64,000 nt of DNA from an uncultured candidate division Zixibacteria bacterium (GTDB lineage: Bacteria; Zixibacteria; MSB-5A5; UBA10806; 4484-95), in NCBI GenBank assembly GCA_963668625.2, contig CAXXKA010000001.1, forward strand, positions 480,001-544,000. The letters run 5' to 3'. Made by a program: the position numbers and the translations under genes. The notes under the pieces are model-generated. The model saw only the letters and a program-made list of their open reading frames with translations, was not told the DNA's origin and ran no database searches. This document shows positions 9,226-18,986 of this stretch, piece by piece. Every line of letters begins with the position of its first letter. The stretch's first letter is position 1.

Positions 9226-10791
9226 ATGAGACGGATTGCTCTAATTGCAGTAGTGTGTGTCGCCCTGTTTGTACCGAATTTATCGTTTGCCTCAGATAGA
9301 GTAGTAGTCTCCGAGCTGTTTACCAATACCTCATGTTCAACATGTTTGGATGCTAATAATACCCTGGATGATATCGCTGATGATTTTCGCTACGGGTTGG
9401 CGGTTATTCGTTACCATACCTGGTGGCCCTCGCAATACGATCCGTTTTATGTTTTCAATCAGATCGAAAACACGGCTCGTGTCGATTATTACGATGTCGG
9501 CTATACGCCTCATTTTTTTACTGATGGCACGATTGACGGTGAATACCATTACAACGCCTGGCGGGATCAGATAACAACGGAGATCAGCGTAAGCTCGCCA
9601 TTGATCATTAACGAGACCGGAACTTATAATCCAGTCTCCAAAACAGGCACGGTTAATATCGAGCTTATTGCTACGGAAACTATCGCTGCTACCAAACTGG
9701 CGCTCAGGGTAGCGTTGACCGAGTCGAACATTTACTGGGCCGCGCCAAATGGCGGTACTTATCATGATCAAACATTCAGGGATATGATAACGAGCACATC
9801 CGGTATACCGATAACGATCAATCTTGGAGATACGCTCAATTACAGTTTGGATTTCGCCTGCCCTGCGCCGTTGGATTATACTAATTGCCATCTCGTAGCG
9901 TTTTTGCAATCCGATAGCGATAAACGAATACTGCAGGGGGCGCTATTATCGGTAGATAGAATGGAATACACCCTGGAGCCTTTTAGCCTCATATCTCCTG
10001 AAAACAATTCGATTCTTGAAGATTGTTACCCGGATTTTATCTGGGAGTCTACCGAGGATTCCGACTCGGGGTATGCTGTCGATTACCGGGTAATGATAAG
10101 CACCCGCTACGATTTTGCGGATCCCATAATGTCCAATCCGCAGAGCGATACTACCTGGCATTGCCCATTGTGCCTTCAAGGGGATACTACGTACTACTGG
10201 CGTGTCCTGGCCTCGACCGGGCATACGCCTGATAGATACAGCGAGGATATACATTCGTTTACGGTCGATCCGGGCGAGCTGACTATTTCTCCGCCTGGAT
10301 TGTTCGAAAATTACATGGTCAGTGGCAGTTTTAGTGCTTATGAACTCATTCTGAGTAATGAATCTTCCCTCGCGGTCGAATACCTGGTGAGTAATTCCGA
10401 GGCATTCGTGGAACTCGATACCGAATCGGGGATTTTAGGAGCGCAGCAGGCTGATACGATCGGTATCTCGCTATCGAGTGATGGCCTGGAGCCGGGGGAG
10501 TATTACGATACGGTTTTGATCGAAACCGATCATCCCGAGTCATCATCATTAACCGCGCCGATACAACTAACCGTCTATATTCATGGGGATGTTAACTGCG
10601 ATGACCGGATAATTGGCTCTGATGTTACCTACCTGGTGAATTATTTCCGGGCTATAGCAGCGCCGTTCTGCGATCCGTTCTTACGCGGTGATACCAATGG
10701 CGATTGCGCGGTAATTGGTTCGGATGTCACATTCCTGGTGAATTATTTTCGGGGAATATCCGGGGAGCCGCATCCCGGCGACTGCGAATGA
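9226..10791 (+). CDS. Secreted Omp28/thioredoxin-like protein with Ig/FN3-like domains and C-terminal dockerin type I domain
   Basis: ELFTNTSCSTC...YH..WP...DPFY Omp28-like start; duplicated GD.N.D...IGSDVT(Y/F)LVNYFR dockerin motif. Confidence 0.75.
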   Translation: MRRIALIAVVCVALFVPNLSFASDRVVVSELFTNTSCSTCLDANNTLDDIADDFRYGLAVIRYHTWWPSQYDPFYVFNQIENTARVDYYDVGYTPHFFTDGTIDGEYHYNAWRDQITTEISVSSPLIINETGTYNPVSKTGTVNIELIATETIAATKLALRVALTESNIYWAAPNGGTYHDQTFRDMITSTSGIPITINLGDTLNYSLDFACPAPLDYTNCHLVAFLQSDSDKRILQGALLSVDRMEYTLEPFSLISPENNSILEDCYPDFIWESTEDSDSGYAVDYRVMISTRYDFADPIMSNPQSDTTWHCPLCLQGDTTYYWRVLASTGHTPDRYSEDIHSFTVDPGELTISPPGLFENYMVSGSFSAYELILSNESSLAVEYLVSNSEAFVELDTESGILGAQQADTIGISLSSDGLEPGEYYDTVLIETDHPESSSLTAPIQLTVYIHGDVNCDDRIIGSDVTYLVNYFRAIAAPFCDPFLRGDTNGDCAVIGSDVTFLVNYFRGISGEPHPGDCE

Positions 10792-10904
10792 GAATCAGTG
10801 CATAACGTTTTAATGACTGTCGTTTACAATCATATATCTAATTGAAACTATAAATCCGTATTTTTTGTTATATCATAATGAAAAGACAAACTAATTAGCA
10901 GGAG

Positions 10905-11300
10905 ATGAATATGTCTGAATACAACTTCACTAAATCACTAAGCATATCGTTCGAGGACGCGCTCGTGCAAGTGCCGGAGAAACTGAAAATCGAGGGATTC
11001 GGAGTATTAACCGAGATCGATGTCAAAGAAACCATGAAGAAAAAGCTGGATATAGATTTTCCTCGTTACAAGATTCTCGGCGCATGCAATCCACCGTTTG
11101 CGCATAAGGCATTAACATCCGAGTTTGAAATCGGAACATTGCTGCCGTGTAACGTAATCCTGTATGAACGTGATGGTAAAACAATGCTATCCGTGATGAA
11201 ACCATCCGTTGCCCTGGGAGTGGTAGATAACATAGAGTTGAAAGGTATAGCGATGGAGGTCGAGAACAAACTCAAGAATGTTTTCGATTCATTAAATTAG
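10905..11300 (+). CDS. DUF302 domain protein
   Basis: GFGVLTEIDV...YKILGACNP...IGTLLPCNV. Confidence 0.9.
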   Translation: MNMSEYNFTKSLSISFEDALVQVPEKLKIEGFGVLTEIDVKETMKKKLDIDFPRYKILGACNPPFAHKALTSEFEIGTLLPCNVILYERDGKTMLSVMKPSVALGVVDNIELKGIAMEVENKLKNVFDSLN

Positions 11301-11309
11301 GCTGGTTTT

Positions 11310-11343
11310 CGAAAGGCGCGAGGTACAAAACTCGCGTCTTTCG
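11310..11343. terminator. Bidirectional terminator between convergent genes
   Basis: CGAAAGGCGCGAG...CTCGCGTCTTTCG inverted repeat between the stops at 11300 and 11352. Confidence 0.65.
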
Positions 11344-11351
11344 TATATAGT

Positions 11352-11870
11352 CTACTCGAGTGGCCCTTTGATAAGCTTGATATCATCTACCCAAACAGTT
11401 CCGGTACCGTTAATGACTACATTCAGCTTTACGACCTGTGGATTTTGACCTTTCTCCAGCATGAAAAACGTAGTCTGGGTTTTCCAATCGGATGAACCGG
11501 AAGTCGGCGATGCCAGGTCGCGCGAGAAGAATTCACCGATGCCCTCGAATCCGCACCACATTTCCAGAAAAACGATCCCCCGGAAATCCTCGGTTTTAAC
11601 TTTTGCCTGGTAGGTAAGCAAGGCGTTCTCGACATCGATATCATTGAACTCGTACAGGTTTACCACTGAGCTATCGGCGTTGATTTTGATAGAGCCGTTG
11701 CCATCAGTAGAGACCGCCTGGTCGAATTCGATACCATCTTTGCTGATAACCTGATCGAGGTTATCGACGGGTTCGGACTTTATCGTCTCGATTGGTGTTT
11801 GGCCTCCGCAGTTGAATACGAATATTGCGAACGGAATAACTATTAGAAAACTTAAAAAAATACGTCTCAA
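11352..11870 (-). CDS. Putative lipoprotein with galactose-binding-like (jelly-roll) fold
   Basis: Hydrophobic leader with VFNC; GTGTVWVDDIKL C-terminal strand motif. Confidence 0.6.
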   Translation of the reverse strand: MRRIFLSFLIVIPFAIFVFNCGGQTPIETIKSEPVDNLDQVISKDGIEFDQAVSTDGNGSIKINADSSVVNLYEFNDIDVENALLTYQAKVKTEDFRGIVFLEMWCGFEGIGEFFSRDLASPTSGSSDWKTQTTFFMLEKGQNPQVVKLNVVINGTGTVWVDDIKLIKGPLE

Positions 11871-11997
11871 GCCGGCCTCCTATTTTATTGATTATATCGG
11901 TGGCAATCGTAATTATAATAGCCCGGATGAGTACCTCACGAAGATGCGGAATCGTTATAAAACTACCTTCCGAAATCGACGATTGGCAATCAGTCCG

Positions 11998-12360
11998 TTA
12001 TTCGAGAGTTGCTTTGCCTTTGGCTTTTTCGACCGGATACTTGCGATTGTTCTTCTCCATTTTCATGGCAATCGCTTTTAGGATGTCGATATCCAGCACC
12101 TGAGCAATGCGTATTGAATAGATCAGGACATCGGCGATTTCCTCCCTGATTGCAATTATCCGCTCGGGAGAGAGGTTGTCTTTCGTGGACTGCTCCGGTG
12201 TAAGCCATTGGAAAATCTCCATTAGCTCGGAGGCCTCCACCGCTAAAGCCATACTCAGGTTTTTGGGTGTATGATATTGTTCCCAGTCGCGTTCTTTGCT
12301 GAAAGCTGCAATATCCTCTAATAGTTTATCGAGATCGTAATTACTCCGGTCGCCCATCAA
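11998..12360 (-). CDS. MazG-like nucleotide pyrophosphohydrolase
   Basis: ERDWEQYHTPKNLSMAL.VEASEL.EIFQW...EEIADV...K...N..KYP. Confidence 0.9.
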   Translation of the reverse strand: MMGDRSNYDLDKLLEDIAAFSKERDWEQYHTPKNLSMALAVEASELMEIFQWLTPEQSTKDNLSPERIIAIREEIADVLIYSIRIAQVLDIDILKAIAMKMEKNNRKYPVEKAKGKATLE

Positions 12361-13633
12361 TAAAAGTCCTTATCGCATTTATAGTGTATTCCAGTTGCTC
12401 TTGTTGATGCGCTGTGCTGACAAACCAGGCCTCGTAACCGGAGGGCGGTAGATAAACACCGCGATTTAACATATGCGTGAAAAATTCGGAATACATATTC
12501 ATGTTAGCCTTGTTCACCGAATCGAAATCGTATATATCGTGACCGGCAAAGAATAACGTAAACAGGCTTTCAACTTTACTTAGCCTGATATCGATATCGG
12601 ATTTATCGAACAGACTCGTTATCTCGCCGGTTAAATCATCAGTGTATTGCTTTAGATAAGTATACACTCTATGATCATCCAGAGATTTCAGAGTCTCGAT
12701 ACCCGCAGCCGTAGAAAGGGGATTACCGGAAAGCGTGCCGGCCTGATATACGGGACCCTCGGGTGCAAGATAATCCATGATATCGGCATTGCCGCCAACT
12801 CCACCGATAGGCATACCGCCACCCAGGATTTTACCCAGGCAAACCAGATCAGGTTTGATATCGAAAAGCTCGGCGGCTCCTCCTCGGGCAACACGGAAAC
12901 CGGTGATTACCTCATCGAAAATTAACAGGGCTTTATGTTCTCGGGTTAAATCTCGCAATCCTTGAAGGAAACCGGGGGTAGGCGGGATAACTCCCATGTT
13001 GGCGGCAACCGGTTCTACTATCACCGCCGCTATATCGTTGCCTTTTTCGGCGAAACACTGTTTTACTTTTTCGATATCGTTATAAGGCAGAGAGAGAGTT
13101 GCCTCGGTTACTTTTTCGGGAACGCCTCCGCTTGCCGGCAAACCGCCGGTCGCCAATCCAGAACCCGCTTTGACCAGGAAAGCATCCGAATGACCATGAT
13201 AGCCGCCATCGAATTTTACCACCAGTTGACGGCCGGTTGCGCCGCGAGCAAGCCTGATCGCGGTCATGCAGGCCTCGGTGCCCGAGCTCACCGTACGCAG
13301 CTTCTCCACCCAGGGCATTAGCTCGTTTACGATCATCGCCAGTTCCAGTTCGGCTTTAGTCGAGGCGCCGAATGAACTGCCTTTTAAAGCCGCTTTCGTG
13401 ATAGCCTCGATAACCGGCTTGTGAGCATGCCCTAATATCAAAGGCCCCCATGACATTACATAATCGGTGAATCGATTGCCATCGATATCGTACAAGTACG
13501 CGCCCGTGCCTTTATCGACTATAAATGGCTTGCCGCCTATCGATTTGAACGCGCGTACGGGGCTGTTGACCCCACCGGGAATGTATTGCTGAGCTTTATC
13601 GAATATTTCGGATGATTTTTTATTCTTTATCAT
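12341..13633 (-). CDS. hemL: Glutamate-1-semialdehyde 2,1-aminomutase
   Basis: IPGGVNSPVRAF, SSGTEA, GGYHGH, FDEVITGFR, LGKILGGGMP, YQAGTLSGNP; ATG at 13633 preferred over the track start at 13651. Confidence 0.96.
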   Translation of the reverse strand: MIKNKKSSEIFDKAQQYIPGGVNSPVRAFKSIGGKPFIVDKGTGAYLYDIDGNRFTDYVMSWGPLILGHAHKPVIEAITKAALKGSSFGASTKAELELAMIVNELMPWVEKLRTVSSGTEACMTAIRLARGATGRQLVVKFDGGYHGHSDAFLVKAGSGLATGGLPASGGVPEKVTEATLSLPYNDIEKVKQCFAEKGNDIAAVIVEPVAANMGVIPPTPGFLQGLRDLTREHKALLIFDEVITGFRVARGGAAELFDIKPDLVCLGKILGGGMPIGGVGGNADIMDYLAPEGPVYQAGTLSGNPLSTAAGIETLKSLDDHRVYTYLKQYTDDLTGEITSLFDKSDIDIRLSKVESLFTLFFAGHDIYDFDSVNKANMNMYSEFFTHMLNRGVYLPPSGYEAWFVSTAHQQEQLEYTINAIRTFIDGRPE

Positions 13634-13638
13634 TAGTA

Positions 13639-14610
13639 CTATCCTAACCAACCGGCCGCATCGAGAGCATGGTAAGTTATGATGATATCAGCTCCGGCCC
13701 GTTTTATCGAGGTGAGAATCTCTAGCGCCAGGCTGCGTTCATCACCATAACCTTCTTTCGCCATTAGCTTGACCATAGCGTATTCGCCGCTGACATTGTA
13801 GGCGGCTATTGGCATATCGAAACGCTCTTTAGCTTTAGAGATAATATCCAGATACGAAAGCGCCGGTTTAACCATGACGATATCTGCTCCCTCGGCTATA
13901 TCCATGCTGATCTCGCGAATAGCCTCGATGGCATTGGCCGGGTCCATCTGGTACGATTTGCGATCGCCCGATTGCGGCGCGGAGCCGGCCGCCTCGCGAA
14001 ACGGCCCGTAGAAAGCCGAGCAATATTTCGCCGAGTACGACATGATAGCGGTATCCTTGAAACCGTTTTTATCGAGATCCGCCCTTATTGCCTGCACGCG
14101 GCCGTCCATCATATCGGAAGGTGCGATGATATCGGCTCCGGCTAATGCAAGGCTGCTGGCCTGACGGCTCAGTACGTAGATCGTGGCGTCATTATCAACT
14201 ACGCCGTGATTGAATATACCACAGTGGCCGTGATCGGTGTACTCGCACAGGCAAACATCGGCAGCGATTATAATCTCTGGCACTTTGTTTTTTATTTCCT
14301 GTATAGCCTGTTGTACTATGCCATCCGGTTTGAAAGATTCCGAACCGGTGGCGTCCTTCTTGACTGGTATGCCGAAAAGTATCACGCCGGGTATACCCAG
14401 ATCGAAAGCACGTTTGGCCTCCTTACCCGCCTGCTTGACCGGATAGCGCATGATACCCGGCATCGATTCGATGGGCTCGGGCTGACTCGCGGTCGCGCTA
14501 ACGAAAATCGGGTAGATGAAGTTTGAGGGGTGAAGTCTCGTCTCGCGAACCATGCTCCTCATGGTCTCACTGACTCTCAATCGTCTCGGCCTGCTTATTG
14601 GAAATCTCAT
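13639..14610 (-). CDS. hemB: Porphobilinogen synthase
   Basis: DVCLCEYTDHGHCG, PSDMMDGRV, YGPFREA, MVKPA. Confidence 0.97.
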   Translation of the reverse strand: MRFPISRPRRLRVSETMRSMVRETRLHPSNFIYPIFVSATASQPEPIESMPGIMRYPVKQAGKEAKRAFDLGIPGVILFGIPVKKDATGSESFKPDGIVQQAIQEIKNKVPEIIIAADVCLCEYTDHGHCGIFNHGVVDNDATIYVLSRQASSLALAGADIIAPSDMMDGRVQAIRADLDKNGFKDTAIMSYSAKYCSAFYGPFREAAGSAPQSGDRKSYQMDPANAIEAIREISMDIAEGADIVMVKPALSYLDIISKAKERFDMPIAAYNVSGEYAMVKLMAKEGYGDERSLALEILTSIKRAGADIIITYHALDAAGWLG

Positions 14611-14614
14611 ATAA

Positions 14615-16150
14615 TCACCTGTTCGAATTCTTTTTTAGTTTATCGATAATTCCTGGAATGCTGTGCTCCTCGGCCTCCATCTTTACTTTCAAGCCTCGTT
14701 CGGCTAGACTTTTCGAGGTCATGGGGCCGATCGATACTATCGAGGCATCCTCGGTTAGTTCCTCGATTTCATCCTGGTTTAGCTGTTCGAATAAGCCGTT
14801 AATCGTCGAGCCGCTGGTAAATATGATTACATCAGGCGGGAAATCAAACAGCTTCTCTTTGAAACCCTCCGGCCAGGGTGGGTAGTAAGTCTCGTAAACT
14901 TTCAGCGGTATGACATTGGCTTTTGCCCGGGTCAGCGCTTCCTCGACCCGGTTATCACCGAGATTGCCTCGCACCCGAAGGATATTGCATCCAGCAAGCG
15001 ATAGATTTTCTACCATCTCTTTAGCTAAAACTTCCGTTGTTGCTTTTGATGGCACGAAATCGGCTTTCAGCGAATATTTCTTCAAAGCGCGAGCCGTTCC
15101 GTAGCCGACCGCAGCGGTTTTGAATTTCCCCAGCTTGCGGATATCGCCATAGCGATTGATGAACTGGTTCATGAAATAACGAACGCCGTTTTCGCTGGTA
15201 AACACCAGTCGGCTTTCGTTGGCCGATTCGAGTACTTTATCCACCTCGGCCCATTCGCCGCTATCGGTTTTTTTTGTAGCTATCGTCGGATAGGGTAGAA
15301 CCTCGGCACCGAGATCACGCAGGGTTTTATACATATCCCCGGCCTGGTCCGCCGGGCGAAGCACCATCACGCGGTTGCCCAGCAGAGGCCTTTCGATGAG
15401 CCATTCGAGATCGGGTTGCATATCGACGACATCGCCGATTATGAATAGCGCCGGCGGCCTGATTTTCTCCTCGATAGCCGTTACCACCAGTTCGTTCAGC
15501 GGCGCGGTGTATACCCGTTGCGTCGGGAATGTGCCCCGTTCTATCACGGCGGCCGGCGTAACCGGCGATATACCGCTGTCGATTAAAATTTCTACTATAT
15601 TCGCGAACTCGGCGACACCCATATAAATTACCAGGGTACCGTTTCGTATCTGTGCGAGTTTCTCCCAGGGTACGGACGATAATTCCTTTTCGCCGGCTTT
15701 GTGACCTGTCGCGAAAGTCACGAATGATGAGCGTTCGCGGTCGGTGCAGGGAATGCCCGTATAAGCAGGCCCGGCAATGCCTGCGGTTATTCCCGGCACT
15801 ATCTCGTAGTCGATACCATTCTGCCGAAGATAAGCCGCTTCCTCGCCGCCTCTGCCGAAAATCAGCGGATCGCCGCCTTTTAATCGAGCGACCTTTTTGC
15901 CGTCACCGGCCAACTCGACCATCAATTGATTTATTTTCTCCTGGGGAAGAGTATGCTTGCCTGCTTTTTTGCCAACATAGATTTTCTCGATATTATCAGG
16001 CAAACCGATAATGAGCTCGAGCGGGATGAGATTATCGTAGATAACAGTATCACAGGTTTGCAGCAGATTACTCCCTTTAAGCGTAATCAACTCCGGATCG
16101 CCGGGACCCGCGCCAATCAAATACACTATTCCGGTTGATATACCATCCAT
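14615..16150 (-). CDS. cobA: Fused uroporphyrinogen-III C-methyltransferase / uroporphyrinogen-III synthase (CobA-HemD)
   Basis: GAGPGDPELIT and RLKGGDPLIFGRGGEE in the N-terminal domain; FTSENGV...AVG..TA and FTSGS in the HemD domain. Confidence 0.93.
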   Translation of the reverse strand: MDGISTGIVYLIGAGPGDPELITLKGSNLLQTCDTVIYDNLIPLELIIGLPDNIEKIYVGKKAGKHTLPQEKINQLMVELAGDGKKVARLKGGDPLIFGRGGEEAAYLRQNGIDYEIVPGITAGIAGPAYTGIPCTDRERSSFVTFATGHKAGEKELSSVPWEKLAQIRNGTLVIYMGVAEFANIVEILIDSGISPVTPAAVIERGTFPTQRVYTAPLNELVVTAIEEKIRPPALFIIGDVVDMQPDLEWLIERPLLGNRVMVLRPADQAGDMYKTLRDLGAEVLPYPTIATKKTDSGEWAEVDKVLESANESRLVFTSENGVRYFMNQFINRYGDIRKLGKFKTAAVGYGTARALKKYSLKADFVPSKATTEVLAKEMVENLSLAGCNILRVRGNLGDNRVEEALTRAKANVIPLKVYETYYPPWPEGFKEKLFDFPPDVIIFTSGSTINGLFEQLNQDEIEELTEDASIVSIGPMTSKSLAERGLKVKMEAEEHSIPGIIDKLKKNSNR

Positions 16151-16154
16151 GATT

Positions 16155-17066
16155 TTATCCTATTAAAGATTTAGCTCCCTGTTTGAACAGATATTCGGCA
16201 ACAGAACTAACGACCGGTTCATCGCTCGCTATATCGCTCGAATAACCTTTCGCCTCCAGACGAACTTTACCTGATTTATCCAATACTACAGCATTTAAAA
16301 CAAGCTCATCGTACACTATAGATGCCAGCCCGCCGACCGCCGCCGAGCAACCCGCGCCCAACTCGTGTAAAAGCATGCGTTCAGCATTAAGACATCTGTA
16401 AGCATGGTCGTTATTTATATCTTTAAGTAAATCGATGAGTTCATGGTCATCGTTACGCACCTGGGCAATGAGTGAACCCTGTCCCGGAGCCGGGATGAAT
16501 TCGTCAGCCGGCATAACCTGGCTGGTTTTATCGCTTAGCCCCAGCCGGTTCAGTCCCGCGGCGGCCATTATCAACGCATCGTATAAGCCATCCTCCAGCT
16601 TTTGCAGGCGGGTTTCGATATTTCCCCGGATTTCTTCCACGGCCAAATCTGGACGGTTGCTTAGAAGCAAGGCTTTTCGGCGAGGTGAGCCGGTACCGAT
16701 AATCGCGCCATGTGGTAAATTGTCGAGTGTAGAATCCTCGCGACAGATCAGTACATCCTCGACCGCTTCTCGCTGCGGCACCGCGCCTATGGTCAAACCG
16801 TCTGTCATTATCGAGGGTAAATCTTTGGCGCTGTGCACGGCTATATCGATATTTTTCTGCAATAATTCGGTTTCGATTCTTTTAGTGAAAACTCCCGTGC
16901 CGCCGATAGAGGCAAGCGAGGATACTCGGTCTTGATCGCCTTTGGTGGATATGGTTACGATCTCGATATTGATATCCCCGGCGGATTTTTTCAGCAAATC
17001 GGAGATTGAGTTCGCCTGGGTCAGCGCCAGTTTGCTGGCCCGGGTTCCTATTCGAATTGTATCCAT
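16155..17066 (-). CDS. hemC: Hydroxymethylbilane synthase
   Basis: IGTRASKLALTQ, AVHSAKDLP, GTGSPRR, IRGNIETRL, PAPGQG. Confidence 0.96.
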   Translation of the reverse strand: MDTIRIGTRASKLALTQANSISDLLKKSAGDINIEIVTISTKGDQDRVSSLASIGGTGVFTKRIETELLQKNIDIAVHSAKDLPSIMTDGLTIGAVPQREAVEDVLICREDSTLDNLPHGAIIGTGSPRRKALLLSNRPDLAVEEIRGNIETRLQKLEDGLYDALIMAAAGLNRLGLSDKTSQVMPADEFIPAPGQGSLIAQVRNDDHELIDLLKDINNDHAYRCLNAERMLLHELGAGCSAAVGGLASIVYDELVLNAVVLDKSGKVRLEAKGYSSDIASDEPVVSSVAEYLFKQGAKSLIG

Positions 17067-17737
17067 CAGTCTTTGCTATCTTGCTCCGGTAGTTCCAGCG
17101 TTCCCTCGGCCATTTGATCGATATGATTCTCGATTTCATTGGCTTGCATATCCTGCAGGATGGTTTTCCAATCGGCATTCAGGAAACGCTCGTAAGCTCG
17201 GATTTTTTCATCGGTGTTGCCTTTCCACAGATGTACTACTTTATTCCGATACTGCGAAGCGATATTCGCTATTTTCGTCCAGCGCTCGGGGAATACCGTT
17301 TCCAGTATTACTCGAAGCTGGCCGGCTAAAAACGGAGCTTTGCCATCGGTGGAGACCGATACAGTCAAACAATCGCGTCTCAGGATGGCGGGGAAGGTGA
17401 AATCACAAAGCCGAGGGGTATCGACTACATTAACCGGTACGTTCTTCGTATGGGCGTCATCGGCAACCTGCTCGTTTAATTTCATATCGTTGGAGGCGGC
17501 AATCACGACATCATATTTTGAGGCCTCGGGCGATTTATATGATCGCTTTTCCAGCTTGATGAATTTCCTCTCGGCGAAATAATCTATTTGCTGTTCGACT
17601 TCCGGCGCTATAACCGTTATCTTGCAGCCATAATCCAAAAGCGTGTTAATCTTTCTCAATGCTACTTTGCCGCCACCGACTATCAGGCAGCTCTTGTCCT
17701 GCATTTTAAGGTTTACTGGAAGGAAATTATGTCCCAT
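17066..17737 (-). CDS. Precorrin-2 dehydrogenase / sirohydrochlorin ferrochelatase (SirC/Met8/CysG-N-like)
   Basis: LIVGGGKVALRK, VNVVD.P.LCDFTFPA, STDGKAP. Confidence 0.9.
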   Translation of the reverse strand: MGHNFLPVNLKMQDKSCLIVGGGKVALRKINTLLDYGCKITVIAPEVEQQIDYFAERKFIKLEKRSYKSPEASKYDVVIAASNDMKLNEQVADDAHTKNVPVNVVDTPRLCDFTFPAILRRDCLTVSVSTDGKAPFLAGQLRVILETVFPERWTKIANIASQYRNKVVHLWKGNTDEKIRAYERFLNADWKTILQDMQANEIENHIDQMAEGTLELPEQDSKD

Positions 17738-17772
17738 GACAATGACTCCGGTTTATAATTGAAAAAACAATA

Positions 17773-18975
17773 CTATTCCGATGTTCTTACTTTAAGCTGA
17801 AGTAGTTTGTCAACCATACTTCTCGTGGCTCGCTCGATCTCCTCTTTGACTTCCGGTGAAAGACGAGACATCACACCCGACAATTCATTCTGCCGAATAG
17901 ATTCGAACGTTTCACCCAGACCGTTATATAAAGGTTCGTACCTCAGATGCTCGAACCAATACGTAAACTCACTCAGCTTCCTGTCTATTATCTCCTGCGC
18001 CTGGGGGATTGCCAGTTCTCTTTTCTGGCGATGCTCCTCGACATGCTCTTTGATATCCTCGAGATCGTACAATTCGATGGCCGGATCGAAATCCTTTGCC
18101 ATATCGATATCACGGGGGATAGCCAGATCGACAAGTATCAGCTTGCGGTTCGGATTGGATTCGAGATACTTATCGAGCATATCACCGGTGATTATAGCTT
18201 TTTCCGAGCCGGTGCACGATATCACGATATCGGATTTTGCCAGAAGCTTCGGGATGCTTTCCAATCCATAGCCCTCGGCCGAATAAGCGGCAGCGAAAGT
18301 TTTAGCTTTTTCGACAGTGCGGTTGACATAGTAAAGATCACCGTGATCCAGGCGGAAAACACCTTTCGTAGCCAGGGAAATCATCTGGTTGATACCGATG
18401 AATAGAACATTGGGGGATGATAAATTTTTAACTTTATCCTCCAAAAGCTCTATTGCCGCGCTGGAAACGCTACAGGAACCTTTACCCATTTCCGTATCCG
18501 TACGAACTTGCTTGCCCACACGAAACGCCTGGTGGTATAAATGATGTAATACTTTTCCGGCGGATTTAACCGCGCAAGCCGAGGAGTAAGCATCCTTTAG
18601 TTGACCGAGTATCTGGTTTTCGCCTATCACCATCGAATCCATACCAGAGGCAACATTTAGCATGTGGGCTGCCGTATGTTTGTTCTTTCTGATATAGAAA
18701 AGGTTCTCCATCTCGGAGATATCCAGGCCATTGAAGTTTTCGTAAAATGTCTTTATCAATTCGAAAGGAACTTCCCGCTTATTTACCGTGAAATAGAACT
18801 CAACCCGGTTGCAGGTAGAAAGTACCGAGGATTCTTTCACGCCCGCCAGATCGCTGAATGTGGCGTTAGCCCGGGCCATATCGTTACGGTTGATCTGTAA
18901 CGGTTCGCGTTGTTCCAGTGTTGATGTTTGATGGCTAATACCAGTTATGTACAAGTTCCAGTTGCCCGGTCCCAT
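17773..18975 (-). CDS. hemA: Glutamyl-tRNA reductase
   Basis: LSTCNRVE, VASGMDSMVIGENQILGQ, DLAIPRDI. Confidence 0.95.
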   Translation of the reverse strand: MGPGNWNLYITGISHQTSTLEQREPLQINRNDMARANATFSDLAGVKESSVLSTCNRVEFYFTVNKREVPFELIKTFYENFNGLDISEMENLFYIRKNKHTAAHMLNVASGMDSMVIGENQILGQLKDAYSSACAVKSAGKVLHHLYHQAFRVGKQVRTDTEMGKGSCSVSSAAIELLEDKVKNLSSPNVLFIGINQMISLATKGVFRLDHGDLYYVNRTVEKAKTFAAAYSAEGYGLESIPKLLAKSDIVISCTGSEKAIITGDMLDKYLESNPNRKLILVDLAIPRDIDMAKDFDPAIELYDLEDIKEHVEEHRQKRELAIPQAQEIIDRKLSEFTYWFEHLRYEPLYNGLGETFESIRQNELSGVMSRLSPEVKEEIERATRSMVDKLLQLKVRTSE

Positions 18976-18986
18976 TCGTGTTACTC

